Notes under the pieces: model-generated
Told to the model about the DNA's origin: nothing
The model's database searches: none
The model's input: the letters and a program-made list of their open reading frames with translations, nothing else
Made by a program: the position numbers and the translations under genes
DNA from: Octopus vulgaris
Taxonomy: Eukaryota
Assembly (NCBI GenBank): GCA_951406725.2
Contig: OX597820.1
Span: forward strand, 113,646,001-113,710,000
Direction of reading: 5' to 3'
Length of the DNA stretch: 64,000 bases
Part shown: in pieces, positions 57,307 through 64,000 of the stretch
Position numbering within the stretch: the first letter of the stretch is position 1
Layout: every line of letters begins with the position of its first letter

Positions 57307-57356
<50 letters not shown>

Positions 57357-57451
57357 GTATACCGCAGCTTTTTTCTCTAGAAGCTTATACAGCTTGTTTT
57401 GAAAAATTGCCTTAAATCTGTTGAGGAATCTGCCCCGCAGAAGAATTTAAT

Positions 57452-59529
57452 ATGGATGCCTACAGTATCGATTATTCTATGAAAAACATACCTATACCAT
57501 TCAGGTAACTATACTCTAAGAAACTTTTGGAGAAAATTACAGATCTTATTAAGCGTATGAGATGGAAAGCCTTCTTTTACAACATGGAAGAGGCTACTAC
57601 AGAGAACATATTTGATGAAATTTAATCAAAGAAATTCCTTCCTAAAATCAAGGACTTAGAAGACTTTGAAACGGACCTACTGAAGTTTATAAACAAAATA
57701 AATTTCGTCTTTTAACACTTTCCAACAGAAATTGGAACATGACATCAAATACATAAGAAGTTCCAAAAAAACGGGGGTTTTTTTCTGATAAAACCAAGAA
57801 CTTATACCTTGTGGAAAACAGCACATACTCACGACTTCTACATAACAACACTATTAATAATTACACTAAAGCTAGACCACAAGTTTATAACAATATTACT
57901 AAAGAAGCTAGCATCATCGCCGCTAGGCTTAAATTAGATTTTAAAAAATAGAGGTCCTCCCCAAAAAAGAGGCCTTTATAACTATTAAAGACCAGAAGAA
58001 GAACTTCCTATCTAATCCTAAATGTAGACTTATTAACCCAGCAAAATCAGAAATTGGTATTATTAGTAAAGAAATTTTAGGAAAAATCAATACTAAAGTC
58101 AGAAATGCTACTAGGTTAGTACAATGGTCTAATAGTATAGAAGTCGTTGATTGGTTAAAGCCATTAGGAATAAGAATAAAACGAGATTTACGCAATTCGA
58201 CATTGTTGATTTCTATGCTTCTATCTCTAAGGAACTGCTCGATAAAGCCCTCGCCTTCACAAGCGAATTTAAAGAAATTAGTACACAAGATAAGAACATA
58301 ATCTGCCATGCTAGAAAGACTACGGATACAGAAAGTGCTTTCTATGTGAGCATGGGGTCCTATGATGGAGCAGGCATATGCGATCTCATTGGACTATTCC
58401 TACTCGATACATTGGGTAAAACTTTTCCTGGTATATATTTTGCCGTTTACAAAGATGATGCTCTAGCTTTAACCACAAACACCAATGGACCAGCGCAAGA
58501 TCGGTTTGGGAAGGACATTATCCAAATGGTGAAAACATTCGATCTTAGCATAACAATAAATACCAACCTGAAGGTTGCCAATTTTCTAGATGTATCTTTA
58601 GATTTAAATAAAAATACTTACAAACTCTATAGAACGCCCAACGATAGACTTAGCTATATTAATGTAGGTTCCTGCCACCACCACCCCCCATAGAAAGTTA
58701 AGAATTTAGTTAAAAACATTAGCAAGAGAATTTCTAGCTTCTCTTCCAATATAAACATTTTTAATAGTGTTTCCCCAATATACAAGAAAGCTCTAAAAGA
58801 TACTGGTTTTAGCGAGGAAATAACCTAAACACCTGTCCTTAGTCCAGTAACAAAGAAAAGGAAAAATAGGAATATAAAAATTATCTGGTTCACACCCCTT
58901 ACTCCTCGAAGTGACCTTTAATATAGGTAGATATTTCTTATCCCTTATAGATAGACATTTTCCAATCAATCATAATTATAGAAAGCTCTTTAATAGGCAC
59001 AACTTAAAAATTAGTTTTAGTTCTACTACTAACTTAAAAAATATAATTACACACAACAAACAAGAACAACAAAATGGAGCTGGCTGTTCCTGCAGAGTTA
59101 AACATTTGTGCCCGCTAAATGGAGCTTGTATGAATGATGCCATCATTTAAGAAGCCATCGTAGACTCTACAACCACTAAGGACATAGTTTCGTGAAAGAA
59201 ATATGTAGATATCATCACGGAAATTTTAAAGCCAGGTTCAACAATTACACTTTAAGCTTCAGACACTGGGATAAAATGAAAACAACCAAATTATCCAGTT
59301 ATATATGGCCCTTAAAAGAAAAAGGTGTCACTGGAAGATCTTGGCCAAGCGTAAGCCTTACACCAACGGCAGTGGAAAGTGCGGTCTTTGCTATATGGAA
59401 AGATGGCTTATCTGGAAAAGTTCTTTAGACCCCGCTACATGTCTAAATTCAAGAACTGAACTTTTTGGGTCATGTCCACATTTGGCAAAACATTTGTTAC
59501 ATTTTTGGGACCCCCAAGATCCCAGATAG
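57452..59529 (+). mobile_element. Near full-length decayed Penelope-like element ORF (RT + C-terminal GIY-YIG)
   Basis: YSMKNIPIP...KRMRWKAFF; FDIVDFYASIS; SMGSYDGAGICDLIG; YKDDAL; NFLDV; CSCRVKHLCPLNGAC; FKARFNN...SF; TKLSSYIW; CGLCYME...LNSRTE...CPH; multiple stops and frameshifts. Confidence 0.9.
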
Positions 59530-59576
59530 AACCTGCTTTATCTTAAAGTTTATCTTAATATAAATATATAAAGCGT

Positions 59577-59926
59577 AAGCGTAGCTGTGTTCTAAGAAGT
59601 TTGCTTCTCAACAACATGGTTCCGGGTTCAGTCCAACCGCATGGCATCTTGGACAAGTGTCTTATGAATAGATTTGGTAGACGGAAACTGAAAGAAGCCC
59701 TACGTGTGTGTGTTTGTGAATGTGTGTGTGTGCGTGCGTATGTGTATGTATTTTCATGTCTGTGTTTGTCTCCCAACACTGCTTGGTGTGTGTAAGTTCC
59801 CCTAATTTAGCAGTTCTGCAGAAGAAAACGATAGAATAAGTACATGGCTGGAAAAATAAGCACTGGAGTCGATTCAGTGCCCCGGCATAGCTGCAGTCAC
59901 ATGACCGGAACAAGCAAAACATAAAA
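59577..59926 (+). mobile_element. SINE family B, diverged
   Basis: Collinear with 47175-47580 with an internal deletion. Confidence 0.8.
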
Positions 59927-59928
59927 GC

Positions 59929-59995
<67 letters not shown>

Positions 59996-60909
59996 GACAG
60001 TAGTTTTTGTGATGTTGGCAGCGGCGGCGGCGGCGGCGGTGGTTTGTGGTGATAATGGTGTCTGTGGCAAGCGCGTATGATCCAGATTTGATTTGGATAG
60101 TATTATGATGGTGATTTTAAAATAGTAATATTATCAAAATTCTCCCATAATACATACATCGTGAAGTCATATCATACTCCAGGGGTGTGTTGAACCCCTG
60201 GGTAAGATAGTGCCCAGATATATCGTAAAAACAGTTTTATGCTCAGTCGAATAACAAATATCACTTTAGATTTAAAATTCTATGATGTGGATTGCTTTGC
60301 ATTCCTCAATGCATATGGGAACGTTATCTACTGCTATGGATATACACACAGTAATACAAGTGTATGGACACACGCGCGCACATATAGACAGACATATATA
60401 TTATACATATATATTATATATGCATGTATATATACATGTCTGTATCACAATCAAGATGCAGAAATTACGTACTCCGAATGAATAAGGTAATGTAATCTGA
60501 TGGTAGAAAGAATTCCGCGAATTAGGTACTCCAAAACCAGTCGGAAGTTCGGTGAGGCGGGGGGGGGGTCCATGTGAGCGGGCAGTAAATAGTTGATAAA
60601 AAAAAAAAACGAAGAAAAAAGACAAGAAAAAGCAACAACACGGAGACATGGTAGAGGCAAAGTATTCCTCAGGGAAGGAAAAAAAAGAGGTTTTTACGAT
60701 TCGAGCAAAGCACTTTGTGGATTGCTGCGATTTTTTCTTCCGTCTTCCTTTTCTCTTGGACTTTCCTCTGACTCCTCTTTCTGAAGAAGAGCCTTGCTCG
60801 AAACGTAAAACACCCTTTCTTTCCCTCCCTGAGCGTTTTATTAACACTTTACACCTACCACGTCCTCACATTGTTGTTTTTTCTTGTTTTTTTATTAATG
60901 ATATATGTA

Positions 60910-60989
<80 letters not shown>

Positions 60990-60993
<4 letters not shown>

Positions 60994-61232
60994 TTTGATC
61001 ACTTAGACCGACCAGTCCGTCAGGCGTCCATTTGACACCGCTGGTCACAACAAGCTGTCCACTCCTCTCTGGATCGCGCCTTTCTCATCCACGTGATCCC
61101 AATCGTCCTCTTGAAATCGTCACTCTACCGTCGTGGAGGTCTTCTGGGTGGTCTTTTCCGCTCACGCGGGTACCACTCGACAACTGCGTGCGTCCACCGA
61201 TTATCGGTGAGCCGGGCGACGTGTCCAGCCCA
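60990..61232 (-). mobile_element. RTE-like LINE 3' end (second family)
   Basis: WAGHVARLTDNRWTHAVVEWYPRERKRPPRRPPRR*SDDF...SREEW; short 3' UTR running into (TA)n. Confidence 0.85.
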
Positions 61233-61465
61233 TCTATATATATACACACACACACATATATATGTGTGTGTATACATAATATTTTATTTTATTTTATATT
61301 GAGGAGTGTATGTAACCGAAATAGAGAGACACTCATAAATCAATGTTTATGTGCATACATTTGAAATAGTGTATACACATATTCAGATAAACATCAAGAG
61401 ATTTTTATCTGAATATACTCATCTCCGCAACATGCACAATTTATCTCAAATCTCCTACGTTTCTG

Positions 61466-61516
61466 ATATCTGATGAGAAGGACGCGTGTATGCGGCCACG
61501 AAACTTAAAGTTATAT
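61466..61516 (+). ncRNA. Solo type I hammerhead motif
   Basis: auau CUGAUGA gaaggacgcguguaugcggccac GAAA cuuaaag UU auau; 4-bp stem I, palindromic stem III, GUU triplet. Confidence 0.55.
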
Positions 61517-62086
61517 GGAGCTCAGCCAAACTGCTATTAAAAATATATATATTTAGCTCCTAGAAAAATGCTTTGAGTGCCAGTTTCTTTCGTTTGTCCA
61601 CTCACCCGTACACACACACACACATGTATTACATATCTATATGTGTGTGTATGTGTGTGCGTGCATGAATATATATATTATACATACATATATGGTGATG
61701 ATACTAACGGTGCTCCAGCATGGCCACAGCCTTTGGACTGAAACAAAAGAATAAAAAATGTACATATAACTATATATATATATATGAATATATATGTATG
61801 GATGGATGTATGTATGTATCTAAGTATCTATGTACGCAAGCTTGTATAGGCAGGTAAGTAGATACATTATATATTTATATGTTGGGTGGAATTTCAATGC
61901 TAACTTTCGCGTTCCTCTGCCAATCAGTGTATTTCAACCCGATATCTTCGCAATTGTGCAAGTTTGATACTTCTAACCGAATAAAATAAATTTGCTAGCC
62001 TCCCACATACTCTCCGTCTGGCTGAGACTTTGGCGAAACATGAGATATGAAGGTCCGAGAAAAATGTTTATATAAAACAGTCTATA

Positions 62087-62167
<81 letters not shown>

Positions 62168-62296
62168 TTAACAATTGAGGATAAAATCTTTAAAAGAAAT
62201 TATCAGAAATTATCAATTTTGTTTATTTTAGTAGTTTTGACCGCATTGGTCCCTCTTAGCGTGTTGGTATCTACGAATAGTAGTACCCTCAATATA

Positions 62297-62356
<60 letters not shown>

Positions 62357-62409
62357 GTATATACTCACACACACACTCACATATATATATATACTTCTGT
62401 TTCTTCCTT

Positions 62410-62748
62410 TGTTTGTCATTTGACTGCGGCCATGCTGGAGCACCGCCTTTAGTCGAACAAATCGACCCCCAAGACTTATTCTTTGTAAGTTTGTACTTAT
62501 TCTATCGGTCTCTTATGCCGCACCTCTAGGTTACGGAGACGTAAACACACCAACATCGGTTGTCAAGCGATGGTGGAGGGACAAACATATATATATATGA
62601 CGGGATTGTTTCAGTTTCTGTCTACCAAATCTACTCAGAAGGCTTTGGTCTACCCGAGGGTATACTAGAAGACACTTGCCTAAGGTGCAACGCAGTGGGA
62701 CTGAAACCGGATCCATGTGGTTTGTAAGCATGCTACTTACCACAGAGC
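62410..62748 (-). mobile_element. SINE family B, diverged
   Basis: gtcatttgactgcggccatgctggagcaccgcc...ctacttaccacag. Confidence 0.85.
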
Positions 62749-63097
62749 TATATATATATGTATATGTATACATGTATGTATATATGTATATGTGTGTGTG
62801 TAGTGTGTGTCTATATATATATATATATATATGTCTATATATATATATATATGAAAAGGCAACAACAATAAGATTGCCGTGGCAAGTAGAGCTTCAAAAC
62901 AGTTTCCGTTGCTTTTTGCAAACGATACGTCTTGCAGATGCAGACCAATTTCAGTCCCCCTGGAATGCATACATACACACACACAATACAGACATACAGA
63001 CTGACTGACGGACAGTCAGATACACATACATATACACCACACCACATACATACATACATACATACATACATACATACATACATACATACATACATAC

Positions 63098-63412
63098 ATC
63101 ATCATCATTGTTCGACCGTGGTCGAGACAATGGAATTTACTATGTTACGCCAGACTTCACGGTCCAGCATAGCATTACGGAGGTCCTGTTGTTGGATGCC
63201 TGTATCCCTGGAGATTACATCAGGGTAGGAGTGTGTGCGCTCTCTGGTACCGCGAGCAGATGGCTTCCAGAGGAGAAGAGTAGAAATTACCTCGTTTTCA
63301 GCTCTACAACAATGTCCAGCAAACTGGACTCTTCTACCTTTCACAAGAGATGATACAGGTGGTAGTTTCCCATATATTTGTACTTTGATTGGATGACGCT
63401 TCCACGAGAGAT
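63098..63412 (-). mobile_element. RTE-like LINE 3' end
   Basis: SWKRHPIKVQIYGKLPPVSSLVKGRRVQFAGHCCRAENEVISTLLLWKPS...REVWRNIV...EQ* plus (TGA)n tail. Confidence 0.85.
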
Positions 63413-63458
63413 TTTGTATGCATGTATGTATGTATGCATACATACATACATACATACA

Positions 63459-63489
<31 letters not shown>

Positions 63490-63680
63490 TGATTTCAAAT
63501 TTTGGTACAGCAATTTCGGGAGATGGGGTAAATTGATTTCATCGACCAGTACTCAACTGGTACTTATTTTATCGACTGCGAAAAGATGAAACACAAAGTC
63601 AACTTCGATGGAATTTTAAATCAGAACGTAAAGTCGGAAGGAAAGCCGCTTAGCCTTTTGTCCGGCATGTTATCGGCTCC
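63490..63680 (-). mobile_element. Old SINE A-related copy
   Basis: caactggtacttattttatcgac...aagatgaaacacaaagtcaac. Confidence 0.7.
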
Positions 63681-63841
63681 TCACGTTGCATTTATTAATA
63701 TATATTCTTTTATTCTTTTATTTGCTCAACCTCACATAGAATAGGTTTGACACTGGTAACAGGTTGTATAGGAAAAAATATGTAATCATGCTACTATTAA
63801 CCTGTTTAATAATTACTGTTTTTCTCTCTTTTGTTTTCCAG

Positions 63842-63907
63842 AATGATCGTTTCCCACCAGAAGACACAGCTTCCTTCCACGTCATTTCAAATACTTCGTC
63901 ACAGCAC
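63842..63907 (+). CDS. Candidate 66-bp internal coding exon, NDRFPPEDTASFHVISNTSSQH in phase 0
   Basis: Long polypyrimidine acceptor tttttctctcttttgttttccAG, donor CAC|gtaagt; length divisible by 3; a second frame is also open. Confidence 0.6.
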
Positions 63908-63930
63908 GTAAGTTACTTCAATTTCTAGGT

Positions 63931-63964
<34 letters not shown>

Positions 63965-64000
63965 TAAGCTTGATTCTTTCAGTTTATATGCCCTTTCGGA

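Overview
AT-rich, microsatellite-saturated eukaryotic DNA that looks like intron or intergenic sequence. The repeat content suggests an octopus or other coleoid cephalopod genome (inference, not verified). Almost every long ORF in the track is a microsatellite artefact. Supported content: three tRNA-derived SINE families in many copies, decayed Penelope-like elements (PLEs; RT plus GIY-YIG) at about 15.1-15.5, 55.2-57.1 and 57.4-59.5 kb, RTE-type and RLE-type LINE ends, three Tc1/mariner remnants, and two short phase-0 candidate exons on + (25244-25297 and 63842-63907) of an unidentified host gene. The most interesting signal is a set of type I hammerhead ribozyme motifs (stem I - CUGAUGA - stem II - GAAA - short palindromic stem III - UH - stem I). 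Several are arranged as small ORF-less fold-back elements with two outward-facing hammerheads, mostly flanked by (TA)n (7605-8041, 49161-49507, and a collapsed form at 5091-5210). The same architecture surrounds a coding PLE fragment (55150-57082), linking the mini-elements to PLE retrotransposition. Two SINE 3' tails also match LINE-like ends in the same window. All alignments were done by eye; repeat boundaries are approximate unless a TSD is quoted.
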